This document shows positions 9,701 to 22,270 of a stretch of DNA of 54,517 nucleotides, piece by piece (the first letter of the stretch is position 1; each line of letters begins with the position of its first letter). A model generated the notes under the pieces. That model made no database searches and was not told the origin of the DNA. It saw only the letters and a program-made list of their open reading frames with translations. The position numbers were made by a program, and so were the translations under genes. Origin of the DNA: Macrostomum lignano (taxonomy: Eukaryota); the NCBI GenBank assembly GCA_002269645.1, contig NIVC01004216.1, positions 1 to 54,517 on the forward strand. The letters are read 5' to 3'.

Positions 9701-12700
9701 TCAATGTCCATTGTGTCTAATCTGTAAGGACACTACTGCCCATTGTGTCTGATCTGTAAGGACACTACTGCCCATTGTGTCTGATCTGTAAGGACACTCA
9801 ATGTCCATTGTGTCTGATTTGTAAGGACACTCAATGTCCATTGTGTCTGATCTGTAAGGACACTCAATGTCCATTGTGTCTGATCTGTAAGGACACTCAA
9901 TGTCCATTGTGTCTAATCTGTAAGGACACTACTGCCCATTGTGTCTGATCTGTAAGGACACTACTGCCCATTGTGTCTGATCTGTAAGGACACTCAATGT
10001 CCATTGTATCTGATCTGTAAGGACACTCAATGTCCATTGTGTCTAATCTGTAAGGACACTCAATGTCCATTGTGTCTGATCTGTAAGGACACTCAATGTC
10101 CATTGTGTCTAATCTGTAAGGACACTCAATGTCCATTGTGTCTGATCTGTAGGGACACTACTGTCCATTGTGTCTGATCTGTTAGGACACTCAATGTCCA
10201 TTGTGTCTGATCTGTAAGGACGCTACTGCCAGTGGACAAAAACGCCAATTAAACACCCAAAACATCCAAACGTCCAAAAAACCTGCACCTCAAGGCACCG
10301 GCAAAGCCAAGGGACCAGAGGATGCCAAGGAGCATCTTGTTCAACTGTGCGCCAATCTTGACTGCCCCTACCCTGTCACTGTGCAGCGCTATCTTCAGTC
10401 ACTATTTAAATTTAACTCAGATCAAGACTGTCAAATCCTCTCGGTACCTGCTAAACAGAGCTCGGAAGACGTATTCATTAAATTTTTAAACGAGCTGATG
10501 GACCTTGGGGAGAAGCTGCTATATAGCAATCGGAGCTCGCTGCTAAACTCAGAGCCGGAAGCCCTCCAGATTGCATCAGCGCCGCCAAGAGGCACTCCAA
10601 CTTACACAAACTACTGCTCCGATGTTAAGTACAAAATTCACCAAGTGGCAGACGAAGAGATGGGCAAAGATCTGTTCGCCTGCAGTCGTTATCTGGACAC
10701 ATTCAATCAAGCGTATATGATTGCGCAGTTCTACAATCCCCGAGGTGCGTGGCGCTACATCAAGAAAGAACTTCGAGCTGTGGACGAACTGGCTAAGTCC
10801 CCAGTCTGCGAGGCGGAGAGTCAACTGCGGCAGCGACTGCATAGCCTGATCGGGCCGCTAGAAAGATTCTGCGACACCAAAGAGGCTTCGGTAAGTTTGT
10901 TATTGAGTGCATTTAGCCAAATGCAACGTTCCATTATTTTGATGACTGGTTTATCGCTTGCAGTCGAGTCCTCCGCTGGACAAATTCGTGGAAATCCTTC
11001 GCAACCAGTTCAACTCGCAAGCCGACTCGCGAGCGATTGTTTTCGTACAACGGAAAATCTACGCTCAGGTGATTACTGAGTTCTTAAACGAGCAACTACC
11101 GCATCTACCGGCTGCCTATGTGACTGGCGCAACTTCAAGCGACGCTTCCGGAGGCACTAATGCTTCTGAGCAGCAGGCTCGCATTGAGGGCTTCCGGCAA
11201 GGCGACTACAAAGTGATTGCTTGCACCAGTATGGCGGAAGAAGGCCTAGACATACCGGACTGCAACCTGGTGGTGCGCTACTGTCACGTGACAAACGAAA
11301 TCGCCATGGTGCAGACCAAAGGCCGGTGCCGGGCCAAAAACAGCGCCTATTACGTGATTGTAGCTGAGACACAGGAGGCGCTGCGTCACAAGGAACGCGA
11401 AAATGAGCTGCGCGATGCAATGATGCAGCAATCAGTGGCGTGCGTTACTGATTTAACGACTGAAGAGTTGGTAGTCAAGGTGAGAATCTTTCAGTTTTTT
11501 TGTCGACAGTTTCAATCGCTGTGTTGACTTAAGGACAACTTTGTTTTTCTCTGTGCTGTGCCTCTTCGAGGGTTATAGCCAGGGACTACTATAACATCGA
11601 GATGGGAAACTAGGCAAATCATGGCAAAGTTTTTACGAGGCTGGTTTGCGAGGTTTACGAGGATCTTTGAGTAGTCCCTGGTTTTATAGCCTAGTGAGAG
11701 GGTTTTAGCTTAGTGTTTAGAGTGTCGGACTCATGACTAGAAGGTCGGGTTTTCGATTCTCTACCCACTCGGAACAATTCTTGGAAAAGATACTTCACTC
11801 TAATTTTTTTTCAGTTCACCCAGCTGTAAGATAGGTGCCAGCATTAGCTGGGGTAATTGAGGGTGTGTGGCGATCTCCCAGTCCTTTGACTGAACAGCCG
11901 TACGCAGCCTTCAGATGCGCCGCGCAATAGCTGCGGCTGAGCTGTCGGTTGTACATCTGCTCATTAGGGCAGGTGTAATCAATTATAGACAATTAAAGTT
12001 ATGAATTCTCTTCTCTGATTCTCTTCTTTACGAGTACTTGAGGTTCGGTTCTTGTGCATTATTAATGTTGGGTGTGGCCATAGACGATTCAGTTGCACAC
12101 ACACCCATGCAGCCATGAGCTAAAGAAGCAATGCTTCAAGCTGGGAAAATATACTTTTTTGCGATTGAATTCGTCCAAACTGCAAAACCTTTCGTCCACA
12201 AATGCTTTTTTAATGGGAGCTAAATTTAGATCATACCATAGACAACTGTGTTCACGCAAAAAGGTTCATCCAGTTTGTAAAACATTTCGTCCCCTAGACT
12301 AGAGACGGAGTGTACTGTTCCTACCATAGTTAACACCCAATTGACTGTTCGCTTTTGCTACCACTACAGCTACAGCAACGCATATCTTCCATTCTGAACC
12401 CGGCAAAACAGTCGAAGATGAACCGAGGCCCCTACCATCCAGTGTCAAACGAAGACCGCAGGCGATTAGCCTTGGCTGTTGAAGAAGGCCGCGATTGGAA
12501 ACAACTGGCCGATATCCTTGGGATCAAGAGAAAGACAGCCAAAACTTAGGCTGTCTGACAGGCTTTGTTCAATATCTCGTGATATCAAATAAAGTCGCTC
12601 CGTTTAGCTGTTAGCTGTTTGGACGAAGGGTTTAGACGAAATGTTTTACAAACTGGATGAACCGTTTTGCGTGAACACAGTTGTCTATGGTATAATCTTA

Positions 12701-14149
12701 ATTTAGCTCCCATTAAGAAAGCGTTAGTGGACGAAAGGTTTTGCAGTTTGGACGAATTCAATCGCAAAAAAGTATATAAAAGATATATAAAAGAAGGTTA
12801 CGATAACATGAAATAAGACGCTCGGTTAAGAGAGTAAATACTTAAGAGGTCTTGGCTCACTGTCTTCCGCTAGAGAAGATGTCATAACAATTAAATTTGT
12901 TAAAATTCTTTTAGCCTTCTATAAGCTTTATACGCTACTGCTATAAGCTTTCAATTGCAGATGCTGGATTACCAGGAAAAGGCGCTGAAAGACGAAGAGG
13001 AAAAACGTGCTAATAATAGCACACCTATCGGAAGTGACGTCATCATTGATAGCGACCACGAAATTCTGTGCTGCAAGTGTAAAGAAAAACTGTCGGATTC
13101 GACTCGACTTCGATTGATTTGCGGAATCCATCGCGTCGTCCTGGATGCCGACATGTTTACTGGAGGCCAACGCATTGTTGGTCAACATGGAGGCGAGATC
13201 AAAAAGGTTCCCGGAATGGATATGATTGGTGTGGATTTGCTGTGCGGCTACTGCAGCTACGGACCTGTGGCTAAAATTGCTCGCTACAAAGGCCAATTTT
13301 TCCCTTTGTTGGACCCGGAATGCGTCTGTTTTCGCCGATTGAATGACAAGGTAAGACTTCTATAGTTGGTATTGAAATTCTGTTCATTTAGAACGCAAAT
13401 GAAATAAAATATGTAAATACTGAGCCTGTAAGAACATGTACGGTCATGTCAAGGCTTACGGGGAGAATTGCTGAGATGTCAAGGCTGATGGGGAGAATTG
13501 CTGAGATGTCAAGGCTTACGGGGAGAATTGCTGAGATGTCAAGGCTTACGGGGAGAATTGCTGAGATGTCAAGGCTTACGGGGAGAATTGCTGAGATGTC
13601 AAGGCTTACGGGGAGAATTGCTGAGATGTCAAGGCTTACGGGGAGAATTGCTGAGATGTCAAGGCTTACGGGGAGAATTGCTGAGATGTCAAGGATGAGA
13701 GGTCAGAAGCTACATGTGGTTTATTCAAAAAATGATTCTATTTTTTGTTGCCTTTTTAAAGGGGGCGCTGATTGCTAGCAGTCACTATCGGCCCTAAAAG
13801 ACGGCCTCAGCATTTCAATAATTTACCCCCATATGAGCCTTGACATCCGAGCAATCCCCCATAAGCTATTGACATCTCAGCAATGAAACAATGCAGCAGT
13901 GAAAGTGTAAAAGCCTAACGAATTACCTCGGAAGGAATCGATCATGGCCGGAAGATAATGGATCGCAACACCTTTCCTCATTTACTTTAGAAATTGGAAA
14001 AACAGGTGAGAAAGTGGAAACATACAAAATCCTTCCTTCGCGATGTTGCTGAGCTGAGCAGTGACGATAGAGACTACTGGCGTCGGGCAGTTCCGCGTCT
14101 GCCCAGACAGTACCGAGCTGCGGCAGTTCGAGGCGGAGCGCATCGTTAA
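6005..14149 (+). CDS. RIG-I/MDA5-like receptor (RLR): tandem CARD-like regions, DExD/H (DECH) helicase, C-terminal Zn-binding regulatory domain; 10 exons
   Basis: Exons: 6005-6137, 6235(or 6272)-6391, 6472-6657, 7900-8043, 8182-8540, 8744-9140, 10295-10890, 10964-11479, 12961-13350 and 13991-14149 (TAA). All have GT-AG ends, and phases match from exon 3 onward. Motifs: Q motif LRDYQLE, motif I APTGSGKT, motif II IIFDECH, motif III GLTASPG, EHLVQLCANLD, motif IV AIVFVQRK, motif V TSMAEEGLDIPDCN, motif VI VQTKGRCR, CTD ILCCKC and LLCGYC, terminal VRKWKH. The CARD-like segments are LISLLFQIFKDDIEGLIDIGNIV and LHQLINCAPHDWFEHLILAAI. The exon 2 acceptor is ambiguous (see findings). Confidence 0.9.
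6660..7702. repeat. 24-25 bp minisatellite (gctgctcagttgctgagttattgg) in RLR intron 3
   Basis: About 40 tandem units. Each contains the dyad CTCAG-ttg-CTGAG. Confidence 0.97.
9215..10222. repeat. 33-bp minisatellite (ccattgtgtctgatctgtaaggacactcaatgt) in RLR intron 6
   Basis: About 30 tandem units. It explains the 11-aa periodic ORFs (MDIECPYRSDT, CLICKDTQCPL). Confidence 0.97.
11575..11688. mobile_element. Short MITE-like element
   Basis: Inverted termini tatagccagggactact and agtagtccctggttttata. Confidence 0.5.
11700..11908 (+). mobile_element. tRNA-derived SINE (copy 1)
   Basis: A-box-like tagcttagtgtt, a tRNA-like loop actcatga and B-box-like ttcgattc. The body ttcacccagctgtaa...gccagcattagctggggtaattgagggtgtgtggcga matches the reverse complement of 43748-43949. 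Confidence 0.8.
12152..12774 (+). mobile_element. Tc1/mariner-superfamily internal-deletion derivative with long TIRs and a transposase N-terminal remnant
   Basis: About 140-bp inverted repeats (12152-~12292 and ~12636-12774) starting tacttttttgcgattgaattcgtccaaactgc, flanked by TA on both sides. The interior encodes an HTH-like stub MNRGPYHPVSNEDRRRLALAVEEGRDWKQLADILGIKRKTAKT*. Confidence 0.75.
13445..13695. repeat. 30-bp minisatellite (atgtcaaggcttacggggagaattgctgag) in RLR intron 9
   Basis: About 8 near-identical units, plus about 2 degenerate inverted units at 13836-13883. Confidence 0.95.
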
Positions 14150-14719
14150 TGTGATCAACTATTTTTGTACTTGGTGGGACTGGGTCCTCATTTTTTAAAT
14201 ATTGTGGACATGATGCTACTTTGGTCAGCTACTACTTACAGACTAGTAATATATATTGGTTCATATTGTTCGCAACGTGCTGCATCGGTGAGCAAAATTT
14301 ATCCTCTAAACTGCAACCGTATGGACTGATTCGTCGTATAAATTACTAAACAATGTAACGACCCTAAGAACAAGCACAGAATATTCAGAAACAATTGTTT
14401 AATGATTATATACCTTCTTTATTATGCATGTAATAACCGAAAATATATGTCGTTCATGGATTTACTGCTAAGCCAAATGTTACGGAGGCAGCTGATAACG
14501 AGTCATGTCATGTTACGAACGTATGATATAATATTTTGAAAAATGGGAACTTTGAAAAAACGATGCATTGAAATTGGTTATGAATCTGTATAATTTTAGT
14601 AGTATTAAATAATATAAGTAGATCTGCTATTATTGTCCATTTAAGCAACATACCAGGTAGCAAAGTCTGTAATCAGTTACAGTAAATAATTAAGTCATGC
14701 ACGGCTATTCCAACCCTGT

Positions 14720-15430
14720 CTATAGTCACCAATCAATCATAGAACACCCTGAGCATGTCTACAGTCAGCAATCAATCATAGAACACCCTGAGCATGTCTA
14801 CAGTCACCAATCAGTCATAGAGATCCTTGAGCATGTCTACAGTCACCAATCAGTCATAGAGATCCTTGAGCATGTCTACAGTCACTAATCAGTCATAGAA
14901 CACCCTGAGCATGTCTACAGTCAGAAATCAGTCATAGAGATCCTTGAGCATGTCTACAGTCACCAATCAGTCATAGAACACCTTGAGCATGTCTACAGTC
15001 AGCAATCAATCATAGAACACCTTGAGCATGTCTACAGTCACCAATCAGTCATAGAACACCTTGAGCATGTCTACAGTCACCAATGAATCATAGAACACCT
15101 TGAGCATGTCTATAGTCACCAATGAATCATAGAACACCTTGAGAATGTCTACAGTCACCAATGAATCATAGAACACCTTGAGCATGTCTATAGTCACCAA
15201 TGAATCATAGAACACCTTGAGCATGTCTACAGCCACCAATCAGTCATAGAACACCTTGAGCATGTCTACAGTCAGAAATCAGTCATAGAACACCTTGAGC
15301 ATGTCTACAGCCACCAATCAGTCATAGAGCACCCTGAGCATGTCTACAGCCACCAATCAGTCATAGAACACCTTGAGCATGTCTACAGTCACCAATCAGT
15401 CATAGAACACCTTGAGTATGTCTACAGTCA
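14720..15430. repeat. 39-bp minisatellite (agtcaccaatcagtcatagaacaccttgagcatgtctac) between the convergent RLR and GPCR genes
   Basis: About 18 tandem units. Confidence 0.95.
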
Positions 15431-15517
15431 GTAATCGGTAATTTGAGCCAGTCTACTTTTTTCCATCGGCAATTCATCTCGTGTCGCCTGGAATTTAACA
15501 AGAGACAGAAGCTCGAA

Positions 15518-18500
15518 TCAAACTCGCCTCATCAGAAACGGCTCCCTGGCAGCAGACGTCAGCCCGTGGCATCGCTGATCTTGCTCGGGTGACAGCTCCA
15601 CTACAGACAGCCGCTTCATCAGTCTGCTGCTGGTTACCAGGCTCTGCTTCATACTGGCCAGAATTGCTTTTAGGTGTCTACGAAAAGTGGCCTGACTGAT
15701 GAATTGAACAATGGGCCGAGCTGACAGCCAGGTCAGCAGCAGCAGATAGACTACAGAATCTACGGTGAAGAACAGATCCTGAAATCGATTGGTTGGTGAT
15801 TGTTTAGAATCCAAACATTTACTGTAAGATCTGCTGGTTCGACAACTGGGGGAGCCGGTATGAAGAGGCGATAGGAAAGATACTGCGAGAGACAGGAGAG
15901 ACGACAGGGGAGAACATGTAGGCAACTGGAGAGAACAGGGAGATAGGAAGTAAGTGTAGTCCAATAGAAAATGTTGACGCGTTCTCGATATTGAATGCGA
16001 ATATGCGAATGGGAGTGGATCCCTGGTTCAACTGCCGCGGTCACATTCGTTTGGACTTTTGTACACGAGAATTTGCCGGTTTGAATCGTTTTTGTGCGAT
16101 TCAAAACCCATGAAGACCAAACCGCAAGGCACAAGTAGTGTACATGCATAACTATAAGAAATTTGAAAAAAGGTACAGTATGGGAGCGCTTGTGTGTTCT
16201 CAGGAGTCTGCGGAATGGCCAGAATCATCTCAGCGCTGGTTGTGAAAACGATGTCGATGAAGTCGTTGCGCCAGAGTTCCCCACAGCTGTTTTTATTTTT
16301 ATACTACACAGAATCGAATATAGGATGCATCTTTGGTGCCACCCTCCCCCCCCCCACCACAAACCTGTCTGTTCTTCCTATCCAGAAAGCTCGCATGCGA
16401 CTGCGTGCCCAGCAGGGAGCGCAGGCTCTGCGGCACGAAGATGTGCTCCTGCATCATGTGGCTGGCGCTGCTCACAAACTTAGTAAAGGTAAAAATCGAC
16501 GTAGGTGCGTTGAACAGCAGCTCGAGACCGACGGTGATCAGACTGGCTCGGCGAATCTCGACGAAGGCGTCGACATCGATTAACACGACTTGGCCGATGC
16601 TCTCTGGCTGCAGCCACTGGAGCTGCCCAGTTCGGCACAGCTGCAGCAGCCTCAGGCCGCACAGAACCGGCACAACCATTGGCAGAAAGTCGCCAATCAT
16701 CAGATCAATCAGTGGCCAGATCACCGCTTTGTACCGAATCTCAACCCACTTGTCGGAGAAGCCACAGTGGTAGCCTCGGTTGGTTTCGCCCGGATTGTCC
16801 AGCCGGGTCAGGGAGAAAGTCCACAGGAACTGGCAGTTCAAGCTCATCAGTATGGCGCAGAACAGGACGAAGCAGTTGAAAACTCGCTCCCGGTTGTACT
16901 TGGGATAGAACTTGTCCAGCCGCTGGTACAGCAGCAGAGTGTCGATGGCGATCGCCAGGAAGCACAGCTGCCTCATGTGCGCAGCCAGGCTGTACACCAT
17001 CGGGTAGACTTGACAGCAGGTCTCGCAAGCGAACAGCAGCATGAAGTTGACGTCCACCCGGGCAACCGAGCGGAGCCAGAGATCGCCTGCGCTGATCAGG
17101 ATTAGCACCGAGTCCAGGCCGGCCACAGCGCTAGAGAAGTAGCACAGCGGTAGGAAATTGCGACCCATCCTGGTGAGCGTGGCCGCGGCCAACAAATTGC
17201 CCGCTCCTCCTAGAAGAAGAAAAACCGGCAGCAAGAAAGCGATGACCTGACGCCACTTGTCCGGCAGGTCTGGTCGGCCTCGGTAGACGGTGCACTCTGG
17301 CAGCAGCTGACGCTCTTCGCCAGCCGGATGCGCCTCCGACTCGGTGTCCGGGTCGTGCGGCGGCGTCAGTTCTGGCCGGACCGTCTGCGGCATGTTGACA
17401 GTTCCGTTGCCTAGCAACGAGTTGAAGAATTTCCGCTGCAGATCGCCGGATCCTTTCTGAACGTCGATCGCTCCGTAGCCTTCGGAGACTGTTGAAGATA
17501 AAAATCAAGTTGAAGACGTTGAAGTAGTTTTTTTCGATGCACTATAATATTTCAAGCGTCTTGAAATGATGCTTAAGATAGGAAAAAAGGCACACCTGAA
17601 ATAGCAGTAATTCCCTATCACTATCTTGAATAAATATATCATAAGTAATGGTATATTTCACTGGGCTTGGGCTGTGTAAACTCGGAATTTATAGTGTGCA
17701 CAATCCGGGTCTCTTGGCAGATATCTTGTAAACAATATAGATATACGATATCTTTCTCTATAATCCAATCCATCTGTGTAGGCTTGACGAACAGGAACTG
17801 TTCCTTCAAGATTTATGAGCCTATAGAATCATTAAGGCACAAAAATATGGAATGCATAAGTATATGACTAAGAATTCCAGAAGGATTATAATTCTTACGA
17901 CAAAGAGTTCACTTAAGTAGTATAGTAATCTTCGGTTGCTCAATATTTGGCGTCTTTCAATCGCAATGTTCTGTTGCACAACAGTGGCATCTGATCTATA
18001 GTCTATGGCAGTCTTCTGTTGCACAAAATTCGGTATTGTCTATGGCCTACATGGTAATCTTCTGTAGAACAACATGTGGAATTGTCTATGGTCTATGGTC
18101 CTATGGTAATTGTCTGTTGTAGAACATGTTGCATTGTCTATGGTCTATGGTAATTGTCTGTTGTAGAACATCGAACATGTGGCATTATCTATGGTCTATG
18201 GTAAATTGTCTGTTGAACAACATGTGGCATTGTCTATGGTCTAATGTAATTGCCGTTGAACAACATTGGCAATTGACTATTGTGGCAATAGACTATTGTC
18301 TATAGTCGATGGTAATTTTAGGTTGTTTAGCATGTAGCATTGTCTATAGCGGCCTATGGCAATCTACCATTGTTTATATTAGATATCACTTGTCATGACA
18401 TGACCAGATAGCCAGCAATAAAAGTCCAACAGGAAATCTTACAGTCCATATTCTCGAAGAAATCGGCGCCCAGTCCAAGTTTCTTGAGATTTTCTTCAAC

Positions 18501-18860
18501 CTTGGCTCCGCCCTTGAAACTGTTGCTCTTGTCTCCAGCGTGGGTGTCAATCCAGTACAAGCAGGAGTAGCGAGTCATCCTGTTGCTGCAGAACCGGGTC
18601 ACATCGTGATCGAAGCATCCGTGTCGAAGTATTTTAAAGATGCTCACATTGGGAAATTGTCTGGCTCGGCCGTCAATCTCCAGATCCGGCGGGAAATTCG
18701 AGTGCTCCGTGTCCCAGCTGCCCAACTCATTGACAGATCGACGACTAACAACAGTCTCTGCGCTTCTCATCTTCCTCTCGGCTTTCGTTTCTATGGCGAC
18801 GCCGAGCACGATTTGAACCAGCAGCAACAGGCAGCTCCATCTAATCAACAATCGAGGCAT
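15518..18860 (-). CDS. Class A (rhodopsin-like) peptide-type GPCR, ~600 aa, with a predicted signal peptide and extended N-terminal ectodomain; 3 exons
   Basis: Exons are 18860-18443 (418 nt, gtaaga donor, phase 1), 17488-16365 (tttttatcttcaacag acceptor, gtttgt donor, phase 0) and 15778-15518 (tttcag acceptor, stop). Seven hydrophobic segments, TM1 GGAGNLL, TM2 GLDS, conserved Cys before TM3, LAIAIDT at the DRY position, DFLP in TM5, LLFNAP in TM6, and TM7/helix 8 RPIVQFISQATFRRHL. The 7TM core is certain. Joining exon 1 to it rests on phase compatibility only. Confidence 0.8.
17990..18370. repeat. Degenerate tandem repeat built on ttgtctatgg in GPCR intron 1
   Basis: Repeated gtctatgg/gcattgtctatggt motifs with irregular spacing. 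Confidence 0.75.
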
Positions 18861-19694
18861 TAGTCTGATTATTCGACAGGAAAAAAGTATACTATATCTT
18901 CGAAGCGCAGAGAGACAGAGAGAGAGAGAAGAATTGGAGAAATGGAGTTATTAGCAGCTGCACTGTTTGGCTCGCGAGCTTAGCCGAGTAGAGGAAGTCC
19001 ACTGTCAAGAGCTGGAATAATGTTGTCCCAGGGGCAGATTAAATTTTGGACTGGCGGTTGCAGTGAGGGGTTGCTGGTGCGGAGCAGCGCCAGAGAGGGC
19101 TGTTGGTGAAAAAAGGGTCAGCCAGTCAGGGGGGGGGAGCTCAATGGGATTTGCCTGTCCCGCTGCTGGTCGAGTAAAGTATTGGAGGGGGAGGAACTTG
19201 TGTGTCTGAGCTCAGTCGCGCACACACACATACACAGAGAGAGGGAGAGTCACACACTCTCTGTAAAAACCAAGCAAGTATCCAGGGTCATAATTACATT
19301 CCGAGCATAAAACTGGAGGACAAGAGGATAAATTATTAATGAGATTTGCCTATCCGCGAAAATCTGAACTTTCTAAGAAATCTACCAGGTTTAAAATATG
19401 AAACTTGAACGCTTATCAACGTTTCCGAAAAAAGGCAATGAGACATTTAAGTCTCCGGTGTGTCGCTCCCGGCTCCTACGACTAAAGTGAGCTATGAGTG
19501 TTTTAAATCGATTATGTGGCTAAACTGGTAGTCAAGATTCTCTTCTAGCAATAGCTAACTCTGAACTCGCTATTGTTGGCTTTGTTGGACTGCTCGTCTT
19601 ATTTTCATTGTTAAATAGCTATGAAACATATTTAATTCGATTCTAGTTACAAGAAGTGATATTTGTGATCCAGTACTCTGCGAACAGCTTTGGT

Positions 19695-20070
19695 TACCTG
19701 ATGTCTCCCCTGTTGTCTTCCCTGATGTCTCCCCTGTTGTCTCTCCTGTTGTCTCCCCTGTTGTCTCCCCTGTTGTCTTCCCTGATGTCTCCCCTGATGT
19801 CTTCCCTGATGTCTCCCCTGTTGTCTCCCCTGTTGTCTCCCTTGTTGTCTCCCCTGTTGTCTCCCCTGTTGTCTCCCTTGTTGTCTTCCCTGTTGTCTCC
19901 CTTGTTGTCTCCCCTGTTGTCTCCCTTGTTGTCTCCCCTGTTGTATCCCCTGTTGTCTCCCTTGTTGTCTCCCTTGTTGTCTCCCCTGTTGTCTCCCCTG
20001 TTGTCTCCATTGTTGTCTCCCCTGTTGTCTCCCCTGTTGTCATCCCTGTTGTTTCCCCTGTTGTCTCCCC
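19695..20070. repeat. 12-bp minisatellite (ctcccctgttgt)
   Basis: About 30 units. It explains the TTGE/LLSP periodic ORFs. Confidence 0.97.
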
Positions 20071-20679
20071 ATACTCACAAAGATTGCTCAAACACTGCAC
20101 TCTATCTGCTTTGAAATGAGCAATGGCATTTGCTGCAAGCTTAAAGACGGAATGAAGTGAATCCTCTGCAAATACTTACTGTGGATTAACTGTAAGAACT
20201 TCTTTGCCCACAGCACAGTGACAGCTGGTGCAATTCTGATTGGGCCAAGGCCCCCCCACACTTGGTAGCATGTAGGCAATAGACACGCTAGTAGCCAGCC
20301 TGTGTATGAGTCCGTGTGACTGAGCCCCAGGGGTGTCCCGCAGCCTTCCTGCAATTATTATATAATCATAATCATAAATTTGGATCTGATGCTGCCAAAG
20401 AGGCTTCCGGATTGAATTCGAGTCTTGCAATTTCCTGGCTGTGATTTTGAGAAATCTCGGGTCAGTTATTACTGAGAAATAGGGTGAATTGAACTTTGCT
20501 ACAATCTGTTTGTGGGATTTTTGAAGTCAGTGTCTTGTATCGGAAGTAGATGGTGGAAGTGCAGTGGCTGGTCACCTGCAGTTTATAATTACACTGGGAT
20601 CTGGCTAAAATTACTATAATTTACAATGCTATATAGGGAAAAACTTCGCTCTGATACGAGAAGTAGAATAAATTAGAGT

Positions 20680-21372
20680 ACAGTAGAACAGAGTAGAGTA
20701 GTGTAGAGTAGAGTAGAGTAGATTAGATTAGATTAGAGTAGAGTAGAGTAGATTAGATTAGATTAGAGTAGAGTAGTGTAGAGTAGAGTAGAGTAGAGTA
20801 GATTAGAGTAGAGTAGAGTAGAGTAGAATAGAGTAGAGTAGAATAGAATAGAGTAGAATAGAGTAGAGTAGAATAGAGTAGAGTAGAGTAGAGCAGAGCA
20901 GAGTAGAGTAGAGTAGAGTAGAGTAGAGCAGAGTAGAGTAGAGCATAGCAGAGTAGAGTAGAGTAGAGTAGAGCAGAGTAGAGCAGAGCAGAGTAGAATA
21001 GAGTAGAGTAGAGTAGAGTAGAGTTGAGTAGAGTTGAGTAGAGTAGAGTAGAGTAGAGTAGAGTAGAGCAGAGCAGAGTAGAATAGAGTAGAGTAGAATA
21101 GAGTAGAGTAGAGTAGAGTAGAGCAGAGTAGAGTAGAGTAGAGTAGAGTAGAGTAGAGTAGAGTAGAGTAGATTAGATTAGAGTAGAGCAGAGTAGAGCA
21201 GAGTAGAATAGAGTAGAGTAGAGTAGAGTAGAGTAGAGTAGATTAGAGTAGAGCAGAGTAGAGCAGAGTAGAATAGAGTAGAGTAGAGTAGAGTAGAGTA
21301 GAATAGAGTAGAGTAGAGTAGAGTAGAGTAGAGTAGAGTAGAGTAGAGCAGACTAGACTAGACTAGACTAGA
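20680..21372. repeat. (AGAGT)n pentanucleotide microsatellite with AGAAT/AGAGC/AGATT variants
   Basis: Read directly; about 135 units. Confidence 0.98.
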
Positions 21373-22145
21373 GAAGCTAGGAGGGAAGGAGTGGAGAAAA
21401 TATGGATTATATATGTACTACTTGTATCAGTAGAGTATCTCAATAATTGCAAGTATAATTGTTGTGACATTGGAGGTTAAAATTGCTAGTTAAAAATGAA
21501 GTCTAGCTACTCTACCATGCGAGTCCTGGCAGTCTCGCATACCAATGAAACTGTTTACACGAACCATGATTTGAAGTACAGCACAGACCCTTCTAACAAA
21601 TGGGATTGGCAAACTGGGAACAATTTGGGAACAGGGTGGCTTCTCCTCGCCAGCCTGCCCCGGAGCTGTGTGGGGTGAGCTGTGAGAAACCATCCGTGTC
21701 ACCCAGCTAAGTAGCTGAGGAGCATTGAGGACTCGGAGTTGTTCTTAGACTGGTTAATGCATATCAGAGCATGCTTTTAGGCCTACACAGCTTCTTTATC
21801 CTTCTGTCTTATAATTTCATCTAAGCTCATTAATTATTTATTATTTGGGAGGGCCATCATCCCACAGCTATTCCGCAGCTTTCGGACTCAAGTTTTACGA
21901 CTCTTATAGAGTTCATTCATCCTATAAGAGAAGCATTCAGCAGCTTGAGTTGGTATCGATGTTCAACTTTATTGAGCAATAAAAATCAGTAAAGAATTCA
22001 GTTGATAATCTTAAGCCAGTGCAAATATGAATATGAGTAGAAGCAGACAGATACTTATTTATGGCCTTAAGCAATGAAGCATAAGAGGCTGCATAAAATT
22101 GAATTTTAAGATGAAGGAATCTATCACAGCATAGCTGCCGCTAGT

Positions 22146-22270
22146 CAGGGCGTAGCCAAGGGGTCAAGGGGGCCGCCCCCCCCAATCGACTAGCAAAGCA
22201 GGTGGCGCCCCCACTTGCCAACAGGCTTGGCGCCCCCCCCCATTTTGCAGAAATCCTAGGTACACCCCTG
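22146..22270. mobile_element. Short GC-rich MITE-like element
   Basis: Imperfect termini cagggcgtagccaag and cctaggtacacccctg around G and C runs. A similar GGGCGTCGCC...GTCCCCCC structure lies at ~4440-4525. Confidence 0.45.

Noticed and set aside
16590-17105. Antisense ORFs opposite the GPCRs (also 23860-24555) and RLR (10576-10842, 11157-11420)
   Set aside because: Stop-poor antisense frames are expected in GC-rich coding DNA, and no motifs were recognised.
18443-18620. Resemblance of GCFDHD...FFENM to phospholipase A2/conodipine
   Set aside because: There are too few cysteines, and after the predicted splice the Cys following ENMD is lost. The similarity is too weak without a profile search.
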